From: Rhodospirillaceae bacterium
Lineage (GTDB): Bacteria > Pseudomonadota > Gammaproteobacteria > Steroidobacterales > Rariloculaceae
DNA length: 48,613 nucleotides
Direction of reading: 5' to 3'
Assembly (NCBI GenBank): GCA_024640695.1
Contig: JAHEEM010000002.1
Location: forward strand, 1 to 48,613
The position numbers were made by a program, and so were the translations under genes. This document shows, piece after piece, positions 11,848 through 20,359 of the stretch. The notes beneath the pieces are model-generated. The model was not told the DNA's origin. It made no database searches and saw only the letters and a list, made by a program, of their open reading frames with translations. Within the stretch, counting starts at the first letter, position 1; each line of letters begins with the position of its first letter.

Positions 11848-12513
11848 CTAGAAGGTAGAACGTCGCGCGTCAGCGTAATGAACCTGCACGAGTGCGTTCA
11901 GGAGCTCCACGCGTTGGCGATAAAGCGCCTGCGCCTCCTGCGAGCTCAGGCCGAGGGAACGCGCCAACGTCAGCCGATCGTCGATCCAGGCGATGCGATC
12001 CTCTAGCTCTGCTATCGTCGCGGCCGTGCCGACCCTTACGACTCGCGGCCGATTGCTGAGGCCGTCCAGCGCGCGCTCAAGCCGCGCGGATTCTGCAACG
12101 AGCGAGGCATAAGCGGGGGTGCCAAGCAGCGGCCCTCGCCCAGCGGGCTGGTCGGCGACGATCGTCGCCGGCGCGGCAGTATCCGGCAACGGCGCCTCCG
12201 GCACCCGCCCAACAATCCACACAGCAGCAACAGCGACACTAGCCGCAATGGCAGCGCGCAGCGGCCAATGCTGGGACGCGGGACGAGAGACCGGCGGTTG
12301 CTCATCCCGCTGCCGCATAAGCCGACCCTCAATCTGCGGCCAGACCCCCGGCGGCGGATTGAGTCTCGGCAGGGCCCGCAGAGCGCGCCGGGTCGCGGCC
12401 AGCTTTTCGAGCTCCGCGCCGAGCCGAGGGTCTGCGTCCACGGCGGCTCGAACCGAGGCGTCGACTGGCTCGCCGTCACGAATTCGCAGGAGGTCTACAG
12501 TACTGGGGCGCAT
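11848..12513 (-). CDS. Putative membrane-anchored anti-sigma factor
   Basis: Overlaps the sigma gene 3' end; N-terminal ASD-like helices, LPRLNPPPGVW linker, one TM segment (AAIAASVAVAAVWIV), helical C-terminal domain. Confidence 0.75.
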   Translation of the reverse strand: MRPSTVDLLRIRDGEPVDASVRAAVDADPRLGAELEKLAATRRALRALPRLNPPPGVWPQIEGRLMRQRDEQPPVSRPASQHWPLRAAIAASVAVAAVWIVGRVPEAPLPDTAAPATIVADQPAGRGPLLGTPAYASLVAESARLERALDGLSNRPRVVRVGTAATIAELEDRIAWIDDRLTLARSLGLSSQEAQALYRQRVELLNALVQVHYADARRSTF

Positions 12514-13070
12514 AGCTCCACTCCATCTTCGGCCGCATGCTGGGCCAATACCTCGCGCAGGCGCTCGTGTGCGCGCGCGAGCTGTGATTTCGAAAAACTC
12601 GCTGTCTTACCCATGCTCTCGGCAATCTCCCGATGCGTATAGCCTTCGACGTCGTGCAACCAGACAACCGCGCGTGCCGTTGGCGTCAGCATCGCCAGCG
12701 CGGTTTCGAGCGCTACGCGTTGCTCGAGCTGCTCGGCGCCGTCATCGATGCTCGCCAGCTCCGGCGGCTCCAGGCCGCTGCGGCGGGAGACCCAGCTCGA
12801 TCGCAAGTGCATCAGGCACTTGTTGACTGCGATCCGTCGAACCCAGAAACCAAAGCCCGCGTCACCGCGAAAACTATCGATCTTGCCGAGCACTTCCAGA
12901 AAGGTCTCCTGCAGAACATCCTCGGCCAAGGCTTGCGACACGAGCATCCGCCGCCCCAACGTATAGACGAGCGGCGCGAACAGCTCATAGAGACGCGCAT
13001 GGGCTGAAGGATCGCCTGCCCGCGCGGCTGCGATCACCGCGGAATCCGCCTCTGGTATGTGCGTTGCCAT
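12495..13070 (-). CDS. ECF RNA polymerase sigma factor
   Basis: Region 2 LAEDVLQETF..FGFWVRRIAVN; region 4 VVWLHDVEGYTHREIA..KSQLARA. Confidence 0.95.
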   Translation of the reverse strand: MATHIPEADSAVIAAARAGDPSAHARLYELFAPLVYTLGRRMLVSQALAEDVLQETFLEVLGKIDSFRGDAGFGFWVRRIAVNKCLMHLRSSWVSRRSGLEPPELASIDDGAEQLEQRVALETALAMLTPTARAVVWLHDVEGYTHREIAESMGKTASFSKSQLARAHERLREVLAQHAAEDGVELCAPVL

Positions 13071-13082
13071 GTTTCAATAGAT

Positions 13083-13111
13083 TAGATGCCTGAACCGGCG
13101 AAAAGGTTGCA
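13083..13111 (-). promoter_or_regulatory. Putative autoregulated ECF promoter
   Basis: Minus strand TGCAACC-N16-CATCTA, ending 12 nt before the sigma ATG; fits the generic ECF AAC..CGT-like architecture. Confidence 0.7.
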
Positions 13112-13267
13112 GTGAGGATTCGCCTGGATGCGTCGGAAACGGGGCAGCTCGGTCTGGAGCCGCCCTGTCGGCCGCAGAGCCGGCCAGCGAATGGCCGGAA
13201 TCGCGGGGCTCGCGGCCCGGCCACAATTTCCCGGACTGGCGGTCTGTGTCAAACTTAGCGACCTAAA

Positions 13268-13354
13268 GCCGGGATGGCGGAATTGGTAGACGCGCCGGAC
13301 TCAAAATCCGGTTCTGGCAACAGAGTGTGGGTTCAAGTCCCTCTCCCGGCACCA
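13268..13354 (+). tRNA. tRNA-Leu(CAA)
   Basis: GCCGGGA/TCCCGGC acceptor stem, D-loop GGAATTGGTAGAC, anticodon arm CCGGA-CTCAAAA-TCCGG, long variable arm, GGTTCAAGTCC T-arm, encoded CCA. Confidence 0.97.
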
Positions 13355-13398
13355 CCCCTCCTCACCGAGCACGAGCGGCTCGTGAGAGAAGCAGGACC

Positions 13399-13439
13399 AA
13401 AAAAGGCAACGGCCCGGCCGGCGACGCCGGTCGAGCCGT
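13399..13439 (-). terminator. Putative terminator between convergent tRNA-Leu and the DUF6152-like gene
   Basis: GC-rich hairpin ACGGC..CCGGCG/CGCCGG..GCCGT followed on the minus strand by TGCCTTTTTT. Confidence 0.55.
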
Positions 13440-13470
13440 CAAGTCAGCTATACGCGGCGTCTGTGCGCGA

Positions 13471-13926
13471 TCAGTTGCAGGCCGGCCCCGAGGGCGGCTC
13501 CTCCGGCAACGAGCTCGAGTGATAAATCTCCTCGCAGGTCTCGGTTCTGAGGATTCGGGCCCGCTCACTGAGATTGATGTAAGGCTGCCCGCTTTTGAGC
13601 GGCCGTCCGGTGATCGTGATCTGATCGCCGGCCTTGAGCGTGTTGCGGTTCCAGCCGAAATTGCGCGCGAGCTGTGCGGGGGAGCCGAACTCCGCCTGCC
13701 AGCGGACGGGACTGCCGCTCTCGTCGGCAATGTCGAGGATGATGCTGGAATGGGGATTGATCAGCTGCAGCGCAACGACCGTTCCGGTCAGCGTGACGGT
13801 GGTTTCCTCGAACCGACCTGCGTCGCCGTGATGCGCCAGGACAACGCCCGCCGTCGCGGCAAAGCCGCCTGCTAACAGAACCTGCATCAGTCGTCCGACG
13901 CGCCTTACGGGGATCTTCGCACTCAT
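13471..13926 (-). CDS. DUF6152-like periplasmic protein
   Basis: Signal peptide ending VVLA/HHG, then TLTGTV..INPHS..WQAEFGSP..LKAGDQITITG; family recalled from motifs. Confidence 0.8.
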   Translation of the reverse strand: MSAKIPVRRVGRLMQVLLAGGFAATAGVVLAHHGDAGRFEETTVTLTGTVVALQLINPHSSIILDIADESGSPVRWQAEFGSPAQLARNFGWNRNTLKAGDQITITGRPLKSGQPYINLSERARILRTETCEEIYHSSSLPEEPPSGPACN

Positions 13927-14084
13927 TTATCTTACCTCGCAGGGTATGACCAATTGGCGTCAGTTTCGCGCATTAGATATAGCCAGGCAAGCGTCAGTTC
14001 CCCTGGGCACTGCCAATTGAGATTCATTCCGCCGCTCCGGCACGGTAAAGTGGCACGACTAGCGCGAATTCCCGGCCAACCCGC

Positions 14085-14999
14085 ATGCCATTTCGAATCG
14101 AAAATATCCTCGAGTGCCGCAATCATCTTGGCGAAGGACCGGTCTGGGATGCGGAGTCCGGCCAGCTGTGGTGGCTCGACGGTACCGGGCGCCGGGTTGG
14201 AAATCCCTCGATCTGGCGATTGGATGCTCGGTCCAAAAAGGTCGATCACTGGAATCTCGATCACGACATCGGGGCATTGGCGGTGCGACGCGACGGCAGT
14301 CTGGTACTAGCACTCGACGACGGCTTCTACTTCTTCGACCCCGCCAAACAGGCGCTCGAACTGATCAGCCTTGTCGACGCAGACCAGCCTCGTACCCGCC
14401 TCAACGACGGCAAGGTCGACCGGCGCGGCCGCTTTGTCGCCGGCGGCATGGACGACAAAGAGGAGCTAGCGATCTGCGGGCTGTGGCGCCTCGACACGGA
14501 CCTCTCGGTCACGAAACTCGCCGCTGGCATCATTTGCTCCAACGGGCCGTGCTGGAGCCCGGACGACAAGACGTTCTACATCGCAGACACGTTCGTCGAC
14601 GAGTTCTGGGCCTATGATTACGACATCGAGTCGGGCCGCGTGACAAACCGCAGAGTGTTCGCGAATACCAAGGATGCCCCCGGCGTTCCCGATGGCTCGA
14701 CCGTCGATGCCGAGGGCTGCTTATGGAATGCCGAGCTCATCTCCGGCGATCTCGTGCGCTATGACCCGGATGGCAACGTCGAGCGGCGTATCGGCATGCC
14801 GGTGCGCAATATCACGTCGGTGATGTTTGGCGGCGAGAATCTCGATGAGATTTACGTCACGTCGATGGCGCGCGTCAAACATCCCGCTGTGCACGACAGA
14901 TTCCGCGTTGATGCAAAGCCGCAGTTCGGCGCGGGCTCTGTATTCCGGATTACGGGCCTGGGAATCCGCGGCATCCCCGAGCCGCGTTTCGGCGGTTAA
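14085..14999 (+). CDS. SMP-30/gluconolactonase/LRE family lactonase
   Basis: LGEGPVWD, RLNDGKVD, SNGPCWSPD and PDGSTVDAEG metal-ligand motifs. Confidence 0.93.
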   Translation: MPFRIENILECRNHLGEGPVWDAESGQLWWLDGTGRRVGNPSIWRLDARSKKVDHWNLDHDIGALAVRRDGSLVLALDDGFYFFDPAKQALELISLVDADQPRTRLNDGKVDRRGRFVAGGMDDKEELAICGLWRLDTDLSVTKLAAGIICSNGPCWSPDDKTFYIADTFVDEFWAYDYDIESGRVTNRRVFANTKDAPGVPDGSTVDAEGCLWNAELISGDLVRYDPDGNVERRIGMPVRNITSVMFGGENLDEIYVTSMARVKHPAVHDRFRVDAKPQFGAGSVFRITGLGIRGIPEPRFGG

Positions 15000-15002
15000 G
15001 AC

Positions 15003-15932
15003 ATGCCTAACAAAAAAGTCATCATCACGTGCGCACCGACGGGTGCCATTCACACGCCATCTATGTCGCCTTTCCTGCCGGTCACGCCCGCGGAGATCGC
15101 TGCCGCCGGAATCGCTGCGGCGCAAGCAGGCGCGGCAATCCTGCATCTGCACGCACGTGACCCTGAGGATGGACACCCGCGGCAGGATCCGAAGATCTTC
15201 AGGCAGTTCTTGCCGCAGATCAACGCAGCGACGGACGCAGTCATCAACATCACGACCGGCGGCAGCCCGCATATGACCGTCACGGAGCGGCTCCGGCCGG
15301 CGCTGGAGCTCAAACCGGAGCTTGCCTCGCTGAATATGGGCTCGATGAACTTCGGGCTGTTTCCGATGCTGCGCCGCTTCAAGGAGTTCCGCTACGACTG
15401 GGAGCGCGAGCATCTCGAGAAGAGCCGGGATCTCGTGTTTCGAAACACCTTCGCCGACATCGAGCTGATCTTGAGCTCCTGCCGGACCTTCGGAACACGC
15501 TTTGAATTTGAGTGCTATGACATCTCACATCTCTACAATCTCGCGCATTTTCTAGACCGCGGTCTGGTTGAGCCGCCGCTATTCGTGCAGAGCGTGTTCG
15601 GCATTCTCGGCGGAATCGGCAACCATCCCGAGGATCTCATGCACATGCGCCGCACGGCGGATCGTTTATTCGGCAAAGACTACCAGTGGTCGATTCTCGG
15701 TGCGGGCCGCCAGCAAATCCAGCTTGCAACGCTCGGCGCAACGATGGGCGCCAACGTCAGGGTCGGGCTCGAGGACTCGCTGTGGGCAGGCCCCGGCCAG
15801 CTTGCCGAATCCAGTGCCGAGCAGGTGCGCATGATTCGCAAGATACTCGAGGGCCTGTCACTCGAGCCGGCAACCCCCGACGAGGCCCGCAGCATGCTCG
15901 GCCTCAAAGGGCGCAACGAGGTCGCCTTCTGA
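15003..15932 (+). CDS. Beta-keto acid cleavage enzyme (BKACE/DUF849, Kce family)
   Basis: IITCAPTG, HLHARD (Zn His pair), ASLNMGSMNFG and VRVGLED. Confidence 0.93.
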   Translation: MPNKKVIITCAPTGAIHTPSMSPFLPVTPAEIAAAGIAAAQAGAAILHLHARDPEDGHPRQDPKIFRQFLPQINAATDAVINITTGGSPHMTVTERLRPALELKPELASLNMGSMNFGLFPMLRRFKEFRYDWEREHLEKSRDLVFRNTFADIELILSSCRTFGTRFEFECYDISHLYNLAHFLDRGLVEPPLFVQSVFGILGGIGNHPEDLMHMRRTADRLFGKDYQWSILGAGRQQIQLATLGATMGANVRVGLEDSLWAGPGQLAESSAEQVRMIRKILEGLSLEPATPDEARSMLGLKGRNEVAF

Positions 15933-15951
15933 TCGGGTCCGTGACGGCACC

Positions 15952-16405
15952 CTGCGGACGATCGGCCTGTTGGGACGAATGAGCTGGCTGTCGAGGATCC
16001 CCTGCTACCAAATCATCAACGAGACCGTGAACGCCGAGCTCGGTCGCTTAGACTCGGCAAGAATTCTGTCATGCCGCGTCAACTGCCAAGCGATCGAGAC
16101 GCTGCAGCAAACGCAGCGCTGGGATGAGACCGTCCGACTCCTCGCAGGAACACCAACCCAGCTCGAGCGCAGCGACGCTGCCTTCTGGTGCTCTGCACGA
16201 AGGCGATGCACCGCGTCGCGAAAACCATCGAGACTGCGAGGCTCGTTGCCTGCGGTGCACAGGGCATCAGTCTGGGTGCACCGAAGTCGGATTGCTGCTC
16301 GGCGCGAGCGACGTTGCGGTACCTCTGGTCGATGCGTGCCGCATGCGTCCCGAAGCGGCGGCGCGGCAGTGGCTGCCGGGCCGCCGTAACGGAAATCTCT
16401 ACTAA
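15952..16405 (+). pseudogene. Aspartate/glutamate racemase family (YgeA/RacX-like) pseudogene
   Basis: Three frames stitch to LRTIGLLGRMSW..YQIINE..LDSARI / VLCTKAMHRVAKTIE / GCTEVGLLL..VPLVD. Start codon is CTG, frameshifts lie near 16185 and 16277, and the central part is missing. Confidence 0.85.
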
Positions 16406-16451
16406 CCGGCCAGCACGCAACCGCAACGCGCGGGCCAGTTGAAGTCGCGGT

Positions 16452-17393
16452 CTACGGATCCAGGGTCGCGAGATACGCGACGATATCGACCATGTCTTCG
16501 GTCGTCAGATTCGCGACTGTCGGCCTCATGAGCGCCGCCATCGTGCCGGCACGATCTCCGGTCTTGAAATCGTTGAGCTGACGGATGCTGTACACGGGCG
16601 ATCCGCCGGCAATGCCCGGCACATCCACGAGCCCCTTGAGATCGATGCCATGGCAAGCCATGCACGGCACGGTCTTGCCGGAGCCGCCCGTTGTGACGAG
16701 ATCCTTACCTCGCTCGATGCTGCCCACGGGCGCATACGCGATGAAGCCCGAGTTCGGATGCCGCGCCGTGGCGAGCTCGCGATTCTCGGGCACCTCGATG
16801 ATTCTGTAGCCAAGCGGCTCAGTGCCGCCATCGGGGTGCACAAACCGCATCCGCCCGGAACCGATATAGGTCCGCGGCACAGTATCGGCCTCGATCACCT
16901 CGACGACCCAATCGATAGGCTCGAGCGCAGCAAACCACTCAGCCGCAATTCGCACTTCCTCATCCGATATTCCCGACGCCAAGCGATTCATCCAAAAGCG
17001 ATCCTTGCGCGCGCCGCTCTTGAAATCAGCCATCTGATTGACGATGTAATTTGCCGAATAGCCAGCGAGCTGCGCCGACTCCGGATGGCCCATACCCGTA
17101 TAACCATGACATGCGGCGCACCCACGCACCTCGGGGCCGTTGCCGTGCGCGACCACCTCAGGCACAGGGCCAGTCTGGTCGGGGAACCAGTTCGGCGGAT
17201 TCCAATGGTCGTCAATCTGCGTCTGCGTAAAGCTCTGCGAACTGCCCGGAACCGTCCTCGGAGCGTCCGGATCCTCGCGATGGGCCGCCGGAATTTCCTC
17301 CGTAACTGACTGGTATGCCCAGTCTGGTCCTTGGCCATACGCAGTTAAGCTGACCAGGAGGCCGAGGAACGTTAATCGGGGAAGTGTTCTCAT
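16452..17393 (-). CDS. Periplasmic diheme cytochrome c (c4/c553-like)
   Basis: Signal peptide, CAACH and CMACH, each followed by Y..Q..DFK.G.R...M; SD GAGG before ATG 17393. Confidence 0.9.
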   Translation of the reverse strand: MRTLPRLTFLGLLVSLTAYGQGPDWAYQSVTEEIPAAHREDPDAPRTVPGSSQSFTQTQIDDHWNPPNWFPDQTGPVPEVVAHGNGPEVRGCAACHGYTGMGHPESAQLAGYSANYIVNQMADFKSGARKDRFWMNRLASGISDEEVRIAAEWFAALEPIDWVVEVIEADTVPRTYIGSGRMRFVHPDGGTEPLGYRIIEVPENRELATARHPNSGFIAYAPVGSIERGKDLVTTGGSGKTVPCMACHGIDLKGLVDVPGIAGGSPVYSIRQLNDFKTGDRAGTMAALMRPTVANLTTEDMVDIVAYLATLDP

Positions 17394-17518
17394 GAAGGAA
17401 TCCTCTAAACCATGCGCGAAGAGCACGGACGTTACCGCCCTATAGGCTGCGATTCAAGAACAACGTAGGGATGGGGATGCACGGCGCGTAATAGCCGAGC
17501 CTCTGCGGGACGCGCGTC

Positions 17519-18241
17519 TTAAGGCTCGATCGCCTCGAGCAAGCTCAGCAGCTCGTCCGGTGCGACATAGCCACCGAGCTGCTCACCATTCGCGGCGAAA
17601 ATCGAAGGCGTGCCTCGCACCCCGACAAGATTGCCAAGCTCGTAGTGACTTTCTATGGGGTTCGACTCGCAAGAGTCCTCCGGCACCTGCCCACCAAGCT
17701 TCGCCTCGGTTAGCGCGGTATTACGATCCTCGGTGCACCAGACCTTCTCGGCCTTGTACCAAGACTCGGTATCGGGCCCAGTCCGCGGATAAAACAGGTA
17801 ATGGACCTCGATACCCAAGGCATTGACCTTGGCGATCTCGCGGTGGAACTGGCGGCAGTAGCCGCAATCGATGTCCGTAAAGATCGTGACGGTGTGCTTG
17901 ACCGCATCCCCACCCGGGCTGAATACGATCATCGTTGCAGGATCAACTTGACTCAACATATCAACGCGCGCAGTCGAGCGGCGCCGCTCCGTCAAATTTG
18001 CATTCTCATCCAGGTCGTAAAGGTCGCCTTGCAGAATGTACCGGCCGTTCTTGCTCACGTAGGCCACAGACGAGCCGATGGCGACTTCGTACATGCCGGG
18101 CACGGCGGCCTCGAGAACGTTCTCTGCGTCGACGCCCGGGAACTCTGCCGCGAGCTCCTCGCGACTAAGATCCGAGCGATCCTGGGCCGAGGTAGCGACC
18201 CATACCAAGCTCATCGCAAAGATCATCCATCTGGGATTCAC
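17519..18241 (-). CDS. dsbC: Thiol:disulfide isomerase DsbC
   Basis: Signal peptide, FTDIDCGYC and GVRGTP; follows xerD as usual. Confidence 0.93.
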   Translation of the reverse strand: MNPRWMIFAMSLVWVATSAQDRSDLSREELAAEFPGVDAENVLEAAVPGMYEVAIGSSVAYVSKNGRYILQGDLYDLDENANLTERRRSTARVDMLSQVDPATMIVFSPGGDAVKHTVTIFTDIDCGYCRQFHREIAKVNALGIEVHYLFYPRTGPDTESWYKAEKVWCTEDRNTALTEAKLGGQVPEDSCESNPIESHYELGNLVGVRGTPSIFAANGEQLGGYVAPDELLSLLEAIEP

Positions 18242-18351
18242 GGGATTCTCCTTCTGGCGCCGCCTAATGCGTTCACAGTCTAGTCAGACCGGCCAGAGGC
18301 AATACTAGTTCAGTGTCTGGGGCAGGATTCTAGCAGATTTCGGCCCCGCGA

Positions 18352-19299
18352 CTAGCCGCGCGGGTGGTGCTGCGCGTGGAGTTCCTTCATGCGCTCGCGG
18401 GCCACATGGGTATAGATCTGGGTCGTCGACACGTCGCTGTGGCCGAGCAGTAGCTGGACCACGCGCAGGTCCGCACCATTGTTAAGGAGATGGGTGGCAA
18501 AAGCGTGTCTGACCGTGTGCGGAGAGAGCTTCTTGTGCACGCCGGCTTTCTTCGCGTAGCGCTTGATGATGTGCCAGAAGGCCTGGCGCGTCATTCGGTC
18601 CCCGCGCCGCGTCGGGAACAGGTATTCACTTTGGCGCTCGAGCAGAATCTCCATGCGCGGCCCGTCGATGAAATCTCTGAGCCAATCCTGAGCCTCATCG
18701 CCAAGCGGTATCAGACGTTCCCGATCCCCTTTGCCGATGATCCGCAGCACGCCCTGGTTCAGGTTTAGTTGGCTCATCTTCAGGTTGATGAGCTCGGAGA
18801 CGCGCACGCCGGTCGCATACAGCAGCTCCAGCATCGCTCGATCGCGGTGTCCGAGAGGCTCGGAGACGGTCGGCGCGCTGAGCAGTGAATCCACCTCTTC
18901 CTCCGTCAAGGACTGCGGCAGCGAGCGGCCGATCTTCGGCATCGCGATCTGCGCGGTCGGATCCTCAGAGATCACGCCCTCGCGCAGCATGTATCGGAAA
19001 AATCGCCGAAAACTGGAAAGTTGCCGGGCCGTGGACCGGGGCTTGGCACCGCCCTCGACACGCCAGGAGACATAGTCGAGGATGTCGGACTTAGCGGCGG
19101 AGACGAGCTCCTGTCCCTGATCCGAGAGCCGCTGATTCAAGGCAAGTAGATCTGCCCGATACGCGCCCAGCGTGTTCTCGGATAGTCCGCGTTCCATCCA
19201 GATCGCATCGAGAAATCGATCGATCACTTCCTTCGGTCCCTTGACACGCTCGGTGCCAGACCGCAGGTTCGCGCTTGAATGCAAAAAATTATGTGCCAT
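18352..19299 (-). CDS. xerD: Tyrosine recombinase XerD
   Basis: ERGLSENTLGAYRADL, YATGVRVSE, GKGDRERL and SPHTVRHAFATHLLNNGADLRVVQLLLGHSDVSTTQIY. Confidence 0.96.
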   Translation of the reverse strand: MAHNFLHSSANLRSGTERVKGPKEVIDRFLDAIWMERGLSENTLGAYRADLLALNQRLSDQGQELVSAAKSDILDYVSWRVEGGAKPRSTARQLSSFRRFFRYMLREGVISEDPTAQIAMPKIGRSLPQSLTEEEVDSLLSAPTVSEPLGHRDRAMLELLYATGVRVSELINLKMSQLNLNQGVLRIIGKGDRERLIPLGDEAQDWLRDFIDGPRMEILLERQSEYLFPTRRGDRMTRQAFWHIIKRYAKKAGVHKKLSPHTVRHAFATHLLNNGADLRVVQLLLGHSDVSTTQIYTHVARERMKELHAQHHPRG

Positions 19300-19503
19300 T
19301 CTGCCTCTTTATCATGCGCTCCGCGGTCCCCGGTTCGGCAGCCGCTGCGCAGCAGCCAATATCATCACCGTGACAGCGTCCTAGCGCACACCAAGATCTA
19401 CGGAAAACATATATAATTCAGCCTATTGTTACCGCAGCCCACAGCATCCTTGCGCATCGGCTACGACGTCGATCGGAGTATGAGCGAGCAGCGTATGAGG
19501 CAG

Positions 19504-19557
19504 CGTGACCAGATTCACATTACCCCCGAGGGCGTTGACATAAATAGACACTTGTCA
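19504..19557 (+). promoter_or_regulatory. CRP-family box plus sigma70 -35 element upstream of plsC
   Basis: CGTGA-N6-TCACA (19504-19519), TTGACA (19535-19540) and a TGACA-N12-TGTCA palindrome (19536-19557). Confidence 0.5.
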
Positions 19558-19619
19558 CAGAAATACGCCCGAAACGTCGAGATTCGACTGGCCCGACCGG
19601 TACTCTGATTTACATAACT

Positions 19620-20348
19620 ATGCGTACGACCGCAAATTGGCGGACCCTGGGTCGTGGCGGGTACGGCGTGTACTCGTGGCTGGCACTGCTCGTTTGCGGG
19701 GCACCCGCCCTGGTGCTGGTCACCGTCGTGCCAGGCCGCAGGACGCGCCGCCGATTCACCCACTGGTTCGCGAAGCTGTTCTTCTATGCCATCGGCAGCC
19801 CGATTCGCGTCGCCGGCGCCACCCATATGCCCCGCGATGCCTGTGTCGTCGTCGCCAATCATGCGAGCTATCTGGACGGAATCATCCTCACGGCGGCCCT
19901 GCCACCGAATTTCACGTTCGTGGTCAAGCACGAAATGGCCCACTTTCCATTCGCGGGTTTCTTTCTGCGCAGAATCGGCTCGGAGTTCATCGATCGATCC
20001 GACGACGGGCACAGAAAAAAAACGGCGCGGAGGCTATTCAAGGCGGCGCGCTCAGGCGACGCGCTCGCGTTCTTTCCGGAAGGTACTTTCCGGCCCGAGC
20101 CCGGCCTGCGGCCTTTCAAGCCAGGTGCGTTTCGCGCCGCGTGGAAAGGTCAGTTGCCGCTCGTGCCCGTTGTGATTCGGGGCGCACGCCAAAAGTTGCC
20201 GGCTCAAACCTGGCTGCCGGGGCCGGGAAGGCTCGCGATCGACATCTGCGAGCCGCTCCATCCCGGCGGCTACGAATCGGCAAAGGGCCTTATGGATGCA
20301 GCACGCGGCATTTTGCTCAACCAGCTTGGCGAGCCCGATCTGGGCTGA
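19620..20348 (+). CDS. plsC: 1-acyl-sn-glycerol-3-phosphate acyltransferase family protein
   Basis: NHASYLD and FPEGT motifs, N-terminal hydrophobic segment. Confidence 0.88.
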   Translation: MRTTANWRTLGRGGYGVYSWLALLVCGAPALVLVTVVPGRRTRRRFTHWFAKLFFYAIGSPIRVAGATHMPRDACVVVANHASYLDGIILTAALPPNFTFVVKHEMAHFPFAGFFLRRIGSEFIDRSDDGHRKKTARRLFKAARSGDALAFFPEGTFRPEPGLRPFKPGAFRAAWKGQLPLVPVVIRGARQKLPAQTWLPGPGRLAIDICEPLHPGGYESAKGLMDAARGILLNQLGEPDLG

Positions 20349-20359
20349 AGCGGCACTCA

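Noticed and set aside
11838-11866. Possible second ECF promoter (GCGACG-N16-CATCTT) before the PDZ gene
   Set aside because: The -35 lacks the AAC core; too weak without a PWM
13274-13875. Plus-strand ORFs starting inside the tRNA
   Set aside because: Translations of tRNA-Leu and antisense to the DUF6152-like gene
18352-19299. Tyrosine recombinase as a possible integrase for the tRNA-Leu island
   Set aside because: Sequence motifs and xerD-dsbC synteny identify housekeeping XerD
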